This document shows positions 13,137 through 24,660 of a stretch of 64,000 nucleotides of DNA, in pieces. The stretch's first letter is position 1; the number at the start of each line of letters is the position of its first letter. Origin of the DNA: Epiperipatus broadwayi (Eukaryota > Animalia > Onychophora); the NCBI GenBank assembly GCA_028023455.1, contig JAQFVV010000008.1, positions 16,306,001 through 16,370,000 on the forward strand. Direction: 5' to 3'. Below the pieces are notes generated by a model. It made no database searches. It saw only the letters and a list, made by a program, of their open reading frames with translations, and was not told the origin of the DNA. The translations under genes were made by a program, and so were the position numbers.

Positions 13137-13350
13137 AAAACAGGCAAAACTCTCCATACAGTATTACCATTTAGTGCAAGCCAAAGTAATCAATGGATGC
13201 AAGAAAGTTTGTACATAAAATCCCTATCTAGAGGCTACTCTTCCAATATCCCCTGACTAGTTTCAATTGGCACTACTGTATGGAGGGTTTTGCATGTTTT
13301 AACAGCTTGAGCGAGCATAAGAAATGGTGATCATGTAATGTTTAGTGATT
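13137..13350. mobile_element. Penelope-like pLTR fragment with internal inversion and half hammerhead
   Basis: 13137-13264 is the reverse complement of the 42576-42690 family sequence and keeps only GAAA-cuag-UC. It is flanked by an inverted pair, aaaacaggcaaaactctccatacagta / tactgtatggagggttttgcatgtttt, and then by the family tail taagaaatggtgatcatgtaatgttta. Confidence 0.75.
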
Positions 13351-13492
13351 TAAACTAATTAGTATATATATATATAGTAGAAATGAATATAATGGAGGGA
13401 GAAAAATTAGATAGACAAATATCTATTCCAAGGCTAAATATGTATACTATATAATAATAAATATTTTATTTTTTAAAAAAAATTAATTTTAC

Positions 13493-13561
13493 CTGCTTTA
13501 TCAAATTCATCTTCAATAATGGCACCAGCTGCTGCAACAATTGACTGAGAAATGGTTCCCC
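13493..13561 (-). CDS. PARP14: PARP14-like exon: macrodomain loop 1/helix (69 nt, phase 1-1)
   Basis: Acceptor ttttttgttttccttgctag and donor CAG|gtaaaa. Translation GTISQSIVAAAGAIIEDEFDKA matches the macrodomain G-x-x-S-x-x-I-x-x-A-A-G...E motif and is in frame with the 16098-16003 exon. Confidence 0.88.
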
Positions 13562-14569
13562 CTAGCAAGGAAAACAAAAAATAATTTTAGATACTTAAGA
13601 ATTATTTTTAAAATAATGTTTTTATTTATTTACTACTACATACCAAAAAGTGATAATAACATTTCATATTTAATACTTATAGTTTGTAAAAAGATACATG
13701 AGAGTTACAGATTTTTTTTTCAATAAGATTTCCTTATCAAATTTAGCAAAAATATTTTAAAGCAGAGAAATCTTGTATCTATATAATAAAGATATAAATC
13801 AATTTTTCTTGATCACAGGTGAAAACCTAATACAAGAATGATTCATTCAATAAATTTATTTAACATATATATAAATTAACATATACAAAAGATTAATTGT
13901 CAATCAAATTATTTCCAATATTCATTTACAATACTTGACATCCCATTAAAATAATTCATGGTCTTAACATCATTCATTAGCTAGCAATGAGATATAATGT
14001 GAAAATTTTATTTACATTTGGATTATACCTATATAATAAATTATATAAAACTTTTATCTTAAAGTACAAATCCATTCATATTATTTAAGTATCAAGAAAA
14101 AATACTAAAATGAATTAGATTAAAGATAATATAAAATAGATGTCATGTCTATTACACACTAAAAGCTCTTTAAATCCACAGAATGATAATAAAACAAGCT
14201 TTATAGATATAAAAAATGTATATAAATGAATATGCTTGAAATCATTAAAAAATATTAACCAGAAAAGAATATCTGATCATAATTAAAATTTCTTTAGTAA
14301 GAGATAATATTATATTTATTTTCTGTGAAAATATAATCCAATATCAATTGATTTTTGTTTGAATGCTTCCATACTCTTTTTTTAAAAAAAAAAAAAAAAA
14401 AAGAATTTGCAAAGTACAAATTCCCCTCAAATTCTAAAAGTCTTTATTCTTTTTTTTATTTCTGTTCACCTTATTCAAATTTATTTGTTGCACTTTTATC
14501 TTTCAAACCTTTTTACAATTCTAGCATAAAATCGTTAATGATAATTAAAAATATTATTTAGACTGTTCA

Positions 14570-14880
14570 AAAGAATTTAATCTAATCCTTCATCAGCATA
14601 AAAGTTTGTTGTAATATACCCTAATTAACCAAATTTGCTACTTTCCAGTAAGATGAATAATGTATTTTAGCCTCAATATTCTTTCATCCTTTATCTCTTT
14701 CCACTTGTATTTATAATATTTTTCTTTTATAATAAAGTACAAATTATTTTTCACATTGACTTTTAACTTCACAAAATCTGATGATATCCCATTTAATATT
14801 AAATATTTCTTTTTCCAATTCATACAATTTCCTTTCATTTGAAAAGAATGTACAGTTGTAAGTAGTCAAATAAAAAATCA
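14570..14880 (-). mobile_element. RTE-type LINE apurinic endonuclease N-terminal remnant
   Basis: End of ORF 14744..15085 reads LTTYNCTFFSNERKLYELEKEIFNIKWDIIRFCEVK, matching the RTE endonuclease start (T-Y-N-x-R-T-L...L-E-x-E-L...W-D-I-I-G-L-x-E-V-R). It continues as KWKEIKDERILRL. Confidence 0.7.
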
Positions 14881-16002
14881 TCAGCAAATGAAAATCCATA
14901 ATCTGGCTGTTATTAGCACTCTTTATTTTACAGTCTCCACAAAGTGAAGGCCGGAATTTAATTTTTGAGTGCCATTCCATATATGGAAATATAAAAAAAT
15001 GAATGTGCGCATTCTGGAAAATATATACACACACACATAATCCTCTTCCAAGATATCCAACTAATGTCTCCCTATAAACTATCAAGCTTCTAAAAAGGGA
15101 GACTCCAGTGTTTTCTTGGTTTTAAATTCCAAGATAAAAACCAATAGTCAAATGCTTCACCAGTTTAGTAATAGAAAGTCATCATGTTGACCATTAATAA
15201 AAAAAACTATTGTGATAATGTAAATAAATGACATTAAGAATGCATTCTCTTTGTTCTAATTAAGGTCATAAAAAAGTCAAAAGGACTTTTTTCAGTTAAA
15301 AGTCAATGTTTTTGATGAGCAAATCAAGGATAAAATCTAAGAGAAGACTGATATTAATAAATGTTTTATAAGCTTACTATTATTAATATTTGTTTATATT
15401 TATCAAGTAAATTTAACTATTTAGAAATTTTGGCAACACTGACATTTACATTTAAAAATCATAATAAATGTTAATATATTACTACTCAAATATAAATTTG
15501 TATACAAGTAGAATTATATGTGCATCTAAATAAAACAGAATTTTTAATTTGTTTATGACCAGCTAAATATAACACTAACAATAATAGGTTTATCATATAC
15601 TTTTTAGTAATCAAACAGTTGAAAAGAATCGAAAGACCTTCAAGATTATTTTGCTTCATTGTTTCACTGATTTAGAAGACTTTTCCATGAGCACCTACAA
15701 CTTTTATTATCTTATTTTAAAATGTAAATACAAAAATAAACTTAATCTCTTATAATTTTAATAATTATTATAAATTCTATTTGCAAATATAATGACTATA
15801 ATGGCTATTCAGCTGCATAATGGCCAAATATCATATTGGAACATAAGTACAGATTGCATATAATTAAAATAAGAAATGCAAGATATTTGTAAAAAAAAAA
15901 AAAAAAAAGATTCTTCTGGGGATTTCTTATTCTAAATTTTAAAAACCAGCAAAAAAAAAAAACCAAATTATTCAAGATTATAAATAAATAAGAAGAACTT
16001 AC

Positions 16003-16098
16003 TATTAAGTGAATTGTAGTAGATACCATTAATAATAACATCCACATTTTCAAATACAATATTTCCACATTTAACACTAATTTTAGCATCACAAAAAT
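16003..16098 (-). CDS. PARP14: PARP14-like exon: macrodomain N-terminus (96 nt, phase 1-1)
   Basis: Acceptor ttttttaattccag and donor A|gtaagt. Translation FCDAKISVKCGNIVFENVDVIINGIYYNSLN matches the macrodomain start (I-x-V-x-x-G-D-I-x-x-E-x-x-D-V-I-V-N). Confidence 0.85.
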
Positions 16099-17549
16099 CT
16101 GGAATTAAAAAATATATTTATTTTTAAAAAAGGAATAAATATTTATTTTAATAAAAATATATTTCATTAAAAACAATAGGTGAATAGTTCATTGTTTAAG
16201 GATATCATGTGATGTTCAAGCATTGCAATTGACAGATGAAGTTTTAATTCTTGAATCATTCAACTACTGCACAAAACTCTCAATGATTTTAAATGTTTAT
16301 CTTTTTCTCAAAGATTCAAATATTCATTTTATATACATGTGAATATATGCAAGATTTTGAGATTAAGAATTATACAACAGTACAGTAGGTAATTGAAATA
16401 TTCTCTAGCCCAGCATTTTATATACATATATAATACTTTCAATATTATGATTCATACAACTGTATAATAGGTAATTGAATTATTCTATCCCAGAATAAGA
16501 CACTATTTTTTACAAGAAAAGAGCAGTTGTCTTCTCATCACCCCATTTATTTATATAGAGGGCTATTTGAAACATCTAGACTAGAAAGAATGAATATTTA
16601 AATCAATCATGCAATTTATCTAAAGATATTTTAAATTGATTGATAAGACTAATTGATACATCTGAGCCGAGCTAGAAAATATTTGAATTATTTATTGTAA
16701 AATTGAATAAACTTTAATTTCAAAGTATTACATATATTAATTATGCAGTGAAAGTATTCTTTGTTACGTGTTAATATATTGTAAAAGAATCTGGAAGAAT
16801 CCCCTTATATATATTTACTAAAATGTACAAGAACTTACATTAATGAGTGATAAGAATGACCACACTGAATATATTTAAGACTGATTAGTCCAACTACGGT
16901 ATCTGTTAAGTTTATTTATTCTCAACACAGCCATATTTTCTATCATTTCTTTAAAGTACGTTCAATCAAAGAGAGGGATCATACCTAGTCACTATAAACA
17001 GTTTTTATTCACCCTACATCTGTCGCACTGCAGACTGGGGAATGACTTTTATAAAAAGAATATATCTAAAGAACAGGTTCAAATCTTTCTTCCACTTGTT
17101 TGATGCTAAAACTTTCTGTTCACCCATAACTGGCTCAGGTGATCATGGCAATATTTCATAAGATAATCATTTTTATTGATTCAGTAAACATGAATCATTG
17201 TTTATTTCTAATCAAAAAAAAACATTTAACATCTATGTATTGCAATTATATAGATACTGATTTGAGAACATCATAGATAATATTTACAAAATACTTCAAT
17301 CCTTGACATAAAATTAATAACAATAAAAAAAAAAAATTAAAGTACATTAGAATAAAATATTTAAAAAATATTGGTTGATGTGCACTTGTAAAATATAGAA
17401 GAAAAAATATCTATATATAAAAAGATACTATCATTCAATTTTAGTGATTCTAATATTTTATATTTTTTTTAGATATGTTATTTTAAGCCTATCAAAAAAA
17501 AAAATGAAATAACAATGTCTTAGCCATTTTTAAAATTATTTTGTGATCA

Positions 17550-18300
17550 CATTTTGTGTCCTTCAGAATTCTTATTCTGAGTTCACGTATTTGAAGATTT
17601 GATTCCATGTGGCTTTAAATTTATTAAAATCATTCATTTGGTCAGTTTCAAAGTTAATTTCAACTCTTGAGAATATTAGAAAATGTATAATTATGATGGG
17701 CTTTTGATTTCATGTAGCTTCAATTGCAATCATTCAATTTGGTCACCTTCCTGATCAATGTTTGGTTCATATTAGAGGATGTTATGATCGAGTGTGGATT
17801 AATTTTAAATATAGCTTCAATGTCAGCTGGTTGGAGATTCAACATTACTCTCGTTTTGCTTGTTTTTACATACATATAATCATATTATTTTAGCAGATTA
17901 GCCTTTGATAAATAGATGTCATGGATAACAGCAATTATCTTTCAAAAGTGATGAATTTACTTTCAGATTTGTTTACATGATAAAATAATATTCAGTATAC
18001 TCATCCTGTTGAATTGCTACATTATGGCAAAGTTAGAATGAACATACACTGGAGATTTAGCCAGCCAGGTCAAAGATATAACATGATATACATGATCATT
18101 GTGGTCTTTGGTATAATAGTTATCAATTTTTTCTGGTTAATATATCAGCACTATATACCTGTATATTTGTTTTTGGCAACTTTACATCATCACACTAATT
18201 TCTTCAGACTTCTCTAGTGCTTTCATTCCTGACTTAAAGAGAATATAGCAAAACCAAGCAAGACATGACTTTATACAAAAGATTTTTAGCTCATTTATAT
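17550..18300 (-). mobile_element. Mariner transposase N-terminal (HTH) remnant, highly degenerate
   Basis: Fragments FKSGMKALEKSEEI, IEAIFKINPHSI and IRKVTKLND..(L)HEIK resemble the mariner HTH region and the segment leading to WVPHEL. Many stops. Confidence 0.45.
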
Positions 18301-21300
18301 CCTTTTTCTTGTCACCAATTTTTGAATGGTATTTTCTAATCTAATATCAGTCTAGCATATAAATTCTTGGTTTATCTGTTTATTTTTACTTTATTTAATT
18401 AGTTGCTATTTCCTTAAATACATTATTAATTACACCTCAGGTATTTACTAATTCTATTATATTAAATTTGTACAATTAATCAATTTTTAATGAAATATCA
18501 AACATTCATTACTAATTAAATAAATCTGTATTTTTCTGTTTCAAATTTATTTTATCTCAGAATTTTTATTTTGTTTAACTAAAATAAATCTATTTTATTG
18601 ATATAAAGATAAATCAATATTATAAAACGTTCTCTTTTTTTCAATTTCTCCTTTATATTTATTCTTTTTATACACTTATATATAAATACTTGTAGCCAGT
18701 TTCAGCACACAATATATATATATAATGAAAATATAATTTTGAAAATCAATGTATTTACTGGGTTAATATCAATTATTTAATACTATCATTAATTCCAAAC
18801 TTTTGGTATTTCATTTTAATATCATAAAATGACAGCACTTTCAAATAAGAAGAATTGGCTAGTAGGATCTTTGAATATATGGCTTGTGCTTAAAAACTTG
18901 TGACTGCTTAGAAAGAAACCATTTTACAACATAACATATTAAAAAAATTAACATACATGAAAAACAAAAATATTCAAAAAGAATTTATCACCATTAAATG
19001 TCAAATAATTCCAGAGGTTTGCCAAAACATAGAATTAACCATTGTATCTTCTAAAGTAAGTCCTTTTTTTAAAGTTAAATTTAAGAATATGCTTTTATAT
19101 CATTGCCATAAGATTATATTTTTATTTATTTAGAATCTTTGAAGACTTATAAGCATTTATTAAAATTTTGAATTGCTTATATTGTTTAATGTAGAATGGG
19201 TATGATTAGAAGATGAATATAATAAGGTAACAGAATTACAAAGTTGAGATAATTTAATTTATAATAGAATTAAAATCTTTTAATTATACCTATTTACACT
19301 TTTCTTACACATATGGAATTCATTGTTAATCTTTCTATATAAACTTTAAAAATTTACATTTTTCTAACTTTTCTCTTCAATAATATTGATCATTTCATTG
19401 TTAAACCAATGCTTTTTTTCTCTTTTACCATCATATAATCTTGTTGCATGTGCTATATAAATTTTCATTATATTTTGTCATCTTTCATTCAAATTTACAT
19501 TAATAATTATCTTTCTATTATTTATACTTATTTTCCTATACAATGCATTTAAATATTTTCCCTATATATATTGCAATTCATTGATATCATTTTCTTCCAT
19601 AACTTATTATATTTTATTTTTAATTATATCACTATTAAATTGTTGTTTGAGTTCATATCAACTCAAAATGTGTGTATGCTATTACCAAACCTAATCTAAA
19701 GTAATACATAATCAGTGGTTTTTAACTATCATCTGCAGTTATCTTATTTATAAATTCACTTGTAATTTTCAAACTATTTATTCATTATATTATCATCTCA
19801 GATTCCATCCGCTGTGTGCAAATTTGAATATGATGCCATTTCTACTAAATTTAAAAATTACTAACAAAAAATACAAAAATATATTGAAAAATATTTTTTA
19901 ATTGAATTCAATTTTTAAAATTACATTGTTATATACATAAATTCTGTTTTAAATTATTTATCTCTTTTAAATGCTAATTTTATTAACATAAGCATTTCAC
20001 TGATACAATTTCCATTGAAAAAGTTGACAGTGCTAAAAATCTTTTTGGTTGATAGTGATCATTGATTTCATTTTAGTAATACTTTCAACTTTAAAAAATA
20101 TATATATTAGCTGATGATGCTTTAACTAATATAGTCAATATCATTTTTAAATGCTTTTATTGAAGTTGAAAAATCAATTTGTTTATTGGTATGTTAATTT
20201 GTAAACATGATCTTTTTAAATTAGAATGAAATTTTAAAATTGATGTTTAATACATTTAAATTCAATAGAATTGTTTGAAATTTAGTATATGACTAATTAA
20301 TACCAGGATAATCCATATAACACACTAATCTTTTTGGTAGGTCACTTAGTTTCTTAGACATGAAACAGAGTATAAAAATATTGAATATTTTGATATATCA
20401 AATTTAAAAAAAATTTCTTAGAACTTTCATTTATTTTAAGTAAGACTTATAAGAAGGTGGTATAGAGATTTTTTAAGTAATAAAAAAGTTTGTTTGTAAT
20501 ATAGTTTTGTGAAGCTTTTTTTTTAAAAAAAAAAATTCTAAATAAAAAGAAAAAATGTCAAACAACTTTAAGCAGACAAGTTACTTACTGATTACTTATA
20601 CATATATAATTATGTGCATATACTAAATATGATATATACATAGAGTATGCATATTAACTTACTGCAGAAAGATCTAATAATATATATTTAACAGTCAAGG
20701 AGGAGTCTGTGAACGTATCTGCCGTACGAGGGCACCATCTAGGCATTTGAACCTAGAAAAATTTATATAGTAGGCAGATACGTACGTTAAGATTCAAAAA
20801 TTTTTTTATATATATTATCCTGACCGTTTGCCCAATGTCACTAGCTCATAGAGTAGCAGAGATTTAAACATTTTATAAGTTTTAATAGATTTAGATTCTC
20901 AAAATATATTAATATTTAAAACAATAAAATAAAAGAAGCCACTGCCAGTAATTAACACACAAATAGATTTTTATTAACGCACATTTAAAATTGAGGAATA
21001 AATTTATTTTAGATTTTAACATTAATAATTTTTTTTAAATTTAAATTACTATTTTAAATAGACCGCACAGATGGATATTACTTTAGCATGTCGAGCATAG
21101 ATAGTCTACATAGATTTTTTTTTTTTCACTTAAAAACTTATCAAAACATTCATTCAATCTCAGACTAAAAGTTTGTAGTCAACCCAATACCTGCTTCCAG
21201 ATATATAGTAGCAATCAATGCAATATGAAGATGCTAGCATAAAATCACTCCGACAGGAATGTGCATCTGACAGCGTGATATTATTTGAAGGAAATGATCC

Positions 21301-22859
21301 GTCTCTAGATCAGGAAAGTGCCTCTGTCTGACTAAGGAATCATGTATATAAATTTTTTAAAGAGTGCTACGTATGGGGGAAAGCGGTCTTTCTGCCGTCT
21401 TATAAATCCCTGTCCATAGAGCTAGAAGAGGTCAATGGCGCAGGAAATATATCTGCCACCATTTCAACGATATGACTGCCACTTTGGGGTCATGCATTCA
21501 GTTGGGCACATTGCCCTGTATGTAAAACACGCTTCACACTACATTAATATAAACAACCATATATCCTTCCACAAGCATTGCCCTAACCACGAAACAAATA
21601 GCCTGAAATTAAAATCCCTTAAACTAAACATAAACGAATTTAAACATAGTTATTAATCTTTATCCATGCAGCTATCCATACCCAACTTTATATTTAATAT
21701 ATTTTAGTTAAAACATAAGACACACACACAAAAAGAAATAGAAATGATTGCTTAAACATCTGCATAAAAAAATATTAACAATTGAATTTGCATTCTTTAA
21801 TTCAGATAAGAGTTCTTATTTTCAGCTATTAATTCATTGCAATTTTCAAAAAGTTCTTATTAGATAGACACAAGAGTTCATACTTTACGGATTGAGTAGA
21901 TTGAGAAGTCCATCTTCGTGATCACTTTTGTAGACTGTTTGTCCTTCTTTGAAATAAAACCGCTACTTGCCATTCATTTGGTCAGGAACTGTCATCAAGA
22001 GGCCTCAGCTGGTTGTCCGGAAAATTAAATTTATTGCAAACTTCCACATTGTGAAAATCTGCAATATAGCTAGTTATAACGATATATTCATAGTCAGCTC
22101 TCAGATAACAATTATAATAATAATTTGGCTTTTATATTTTTATTAGTCTCTTATCATCCAATCTTTGGATTCAACCAGCAAGACGTCACTAATCCTCTGG
22201 TGTTTCAATTACGGTCCGTGCTGACATTTCTGGTGTTTGCATTGGTCATTTAATTTCTTTGTACTCTCTTATCTGACCCTTTAATTTATTTTAAATGCCT
22301 CAAGGGCCAGTTTGGTTTTGAACAATCATTTAATTAATAAGACAATCATTTCCATTTTCTAAGATTATAGAAATCAACATTATTTCTATTTTCAAAAATA
22401 TCAAATCTTTATATCTTTACTTTTTTACAAAAAAATTACTTTCAAATATTTTTATTTTTTTAAAAGTTTTTAAAGTTGTCCATCATGCGATCTCTCTATA
22501 TATATACGTTAAACAGTTTTTAAATTTCAGTTTTAAGTTAAGTTTTTTTCTTTTTAATAAATCAATTTTTATTTATGATCTTTTATTTTAATTTTAAAAT
22601 AATGTGATGGGATATTATATTCCGTTACATATATAAAATATATGTGTAAAATTGATTTAAAGTAGAATTATAGGTGTTAAATGAAGTTCATTTACAATAT
22701 AGTTTAGATAAGAATTTTTTTTAAAAAATTCATGTTTTAATCACTTATATACACATACTAAATATGATGCATACTGGTAGGAGGGGGGTTAGATTTTATT
22801 AAGTTAAAATTTTTAGATTTATTGGTGATTGGAAATGTAAAGAAAAATTGTTGGGTATG

Positions 22860-23840
22860 TAGTCATTATGCTAAAAGTAGAGTTATGGTCTATATTAAAC
22901 CTGATAGCTAACAATCTGTATCTCATACAGTAGCTGCTTTAAGAAATTATTGTTATAGAAATAAAAGATTAAATAATTCTAATGATTCTAGCTTTGTTTC
23001 AAAAAGATCAATTTTATAAAGATTATTTAAGTATTGGCTACTCTGATAAATTTGTTAAAAGTATTTTATTTAATAGTAATAATATTTGTAATGATGTAAA
23101 AAATAAAGAAAAATAATATGATTTTATTTCTTTTCCATTTAAATTGTCTTCTTATAAAATTGTATGTAAAAATAGTAATTTGTTTGGAAATTAAGAAAAT
23201 TGCTTGGAAAAGCGGTATTGCTTTGAATAATTTATTAAATAGTACAAAGGAAATTTTTGATAGAAAGACTATTCCTAGAATAGTCCCTATTATCCCTTGT
23301 TTTTATAAGAAGGTATCTATAGGTCAGAGTAATTTGAGTTTAAATGAAAGAATAAAGATACATAAAAGTAGATTTACAAATAAATATATTAGTTCTGTTT
23401 TATATATCCATGAAAAAGATCCAGTATTAATTTTGATGAAGCTAATGTTGTCTTCTTTGAGAGAAATTAAATAAAAAGAATTAAAGAATCTTTATTATTA
23501 AAAATTTGATTCTGAAGCAATTAACTTATTTAAAAGTTCTTTTAATATTAAGAGTGTATGGGAAGTGGAATTGTGGGTAATGTTTAATTTAAATATGTTA
23601 TTTTGTAGTTCTTTACACTTGAAAAGTCTGCTTGTAGCAGTGAAACCATTAGTAATGTTTAACAATTTATTTTGGCAAGTCTGGTTGAGTTGTGAATTTG
23701 GGGTAATTTTGATTGCTTGCAAACTGATAGAAACGTTTTGCATAAATGCTTGGAATTAGTGTTTAGGTCTAGTTTCTAACTCCTATCCTTCACTGATGAG
23801 AGCAAATCAGCTTGAAATCCGCTGATCTGAGGGTGGAGCA
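22860..23840 (+). mobile_element. Penelope-like retroelement 3' part (RT C-terminus, GIY-YIG endonuclease, hammerhead-bearing 3' region)
   Basis: VYIKPDS (RT thumb region, about 22887). ORF 23118..23474 reads LNNLLNSTKE...IVPIIPC...SIGQSNLSLNERIKIHK, a decayed GIY-YIG (V-Y-x-I-P-C...Y-I-G-Q-T...R-I-x-x-H). This is followed by LKESLLLK and a downstream hammerhead. Confidence 0.8.
23780..23838 (+). ncRNA. Minimal type I hammerhead ribozyme motif (core intact)
   Basis: Stem I 5' strand ctcctatccttca; CUGAUGA at 23793-23799; stem II gagc/aaatca/gctt; GAAA at 23814-23817; short stem III uc-cgcu-ga; cleavage triplet AUC (C at 23827); stem I 3' strand tgagggtggag. Located just 3' of a PLE endonuclease. 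Confidence 0.75.
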
Positions 23841-24219
23841 AAATGAAAGAGACAGTGAATATTGACTCTGACGTTTATGTAAACAGAATACGCTTGTTTT
23901 GGAGGTCTTGGTAAAGCTCCATCTATTGATCATTAATACAAGCGATAACAGGTTTTACGTATATAAAACTTTTTCTTTTTCATATATATAAGTATATAAC
24001 ATTATTTACAAGATGGGCTTAATAAGGTTGATTTCAGGATTCAATAACAAGTATTTTGTCAAATCATAAGATCTGAAATTTTTAAGATGATGTACTTCAC
24101 CTTTATACTGCATAAAGGTTATTCAGCTGTTTAATAATTGTACTGACTATCTGCTAAATTCATTATTATAATAGGTTTAGAAAAACTGTGGAATTACAAA
24201 AGGCTATTGTCTAATCAAC

Positions 24220-24660
24220 ATGCAGGGCTAGGTTTGTCAATACCTTTATGCAAAATAATAATTGGTGCCCCCCTTAAAAAATAAAACAGTCTACATGATT
24301 TTATATACATTTTAATATTTATTTAAGATAACTAAAAAAATTACTATTAATTATAAATTTACTTTTACAGAACTAAATTTAGATACAATGTAATCAACAC
24401 TTAAAAGTATTACATATATTGTTTTCTATGGCTGTCACTGACAAATTTACCAGCCAATCCTTTCTTAATTTTTAACTTCAAAAATGATCTCTCTCCACTA
24501 ACTACACTTGTAGGAAGAGTTAGTAATATTCTTGATGATATTCTCAAATTTGGGAATGAAACAGTCAAATCATATTCATCAATATATAATGTTAGAATGT
24601 CAAGTGGATTTTTAAATTGAAGTAATTTACTTTAAAATGATTTACTGTTGCATAATGTGC
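24220..24660 (-). mobile_element. hAT transposon 3' remnant (dimerisation domain and terminal region)
   Basis: Minus strand reads FPNLRISSRILLTLPTSVVSGERSFLKLK, the hAT C-terminal dimerisation motif. A hAT-like terminus cagggctagg...ggtgcccccc lies at about 24223-24273. Confidence 0.75.

Noticed and set aside
21860-22330. Possible LINE 3' end on - (RLAG*IQRLDDKRLIKI)
   Set aside because: Only one weak motif, too little to classify.
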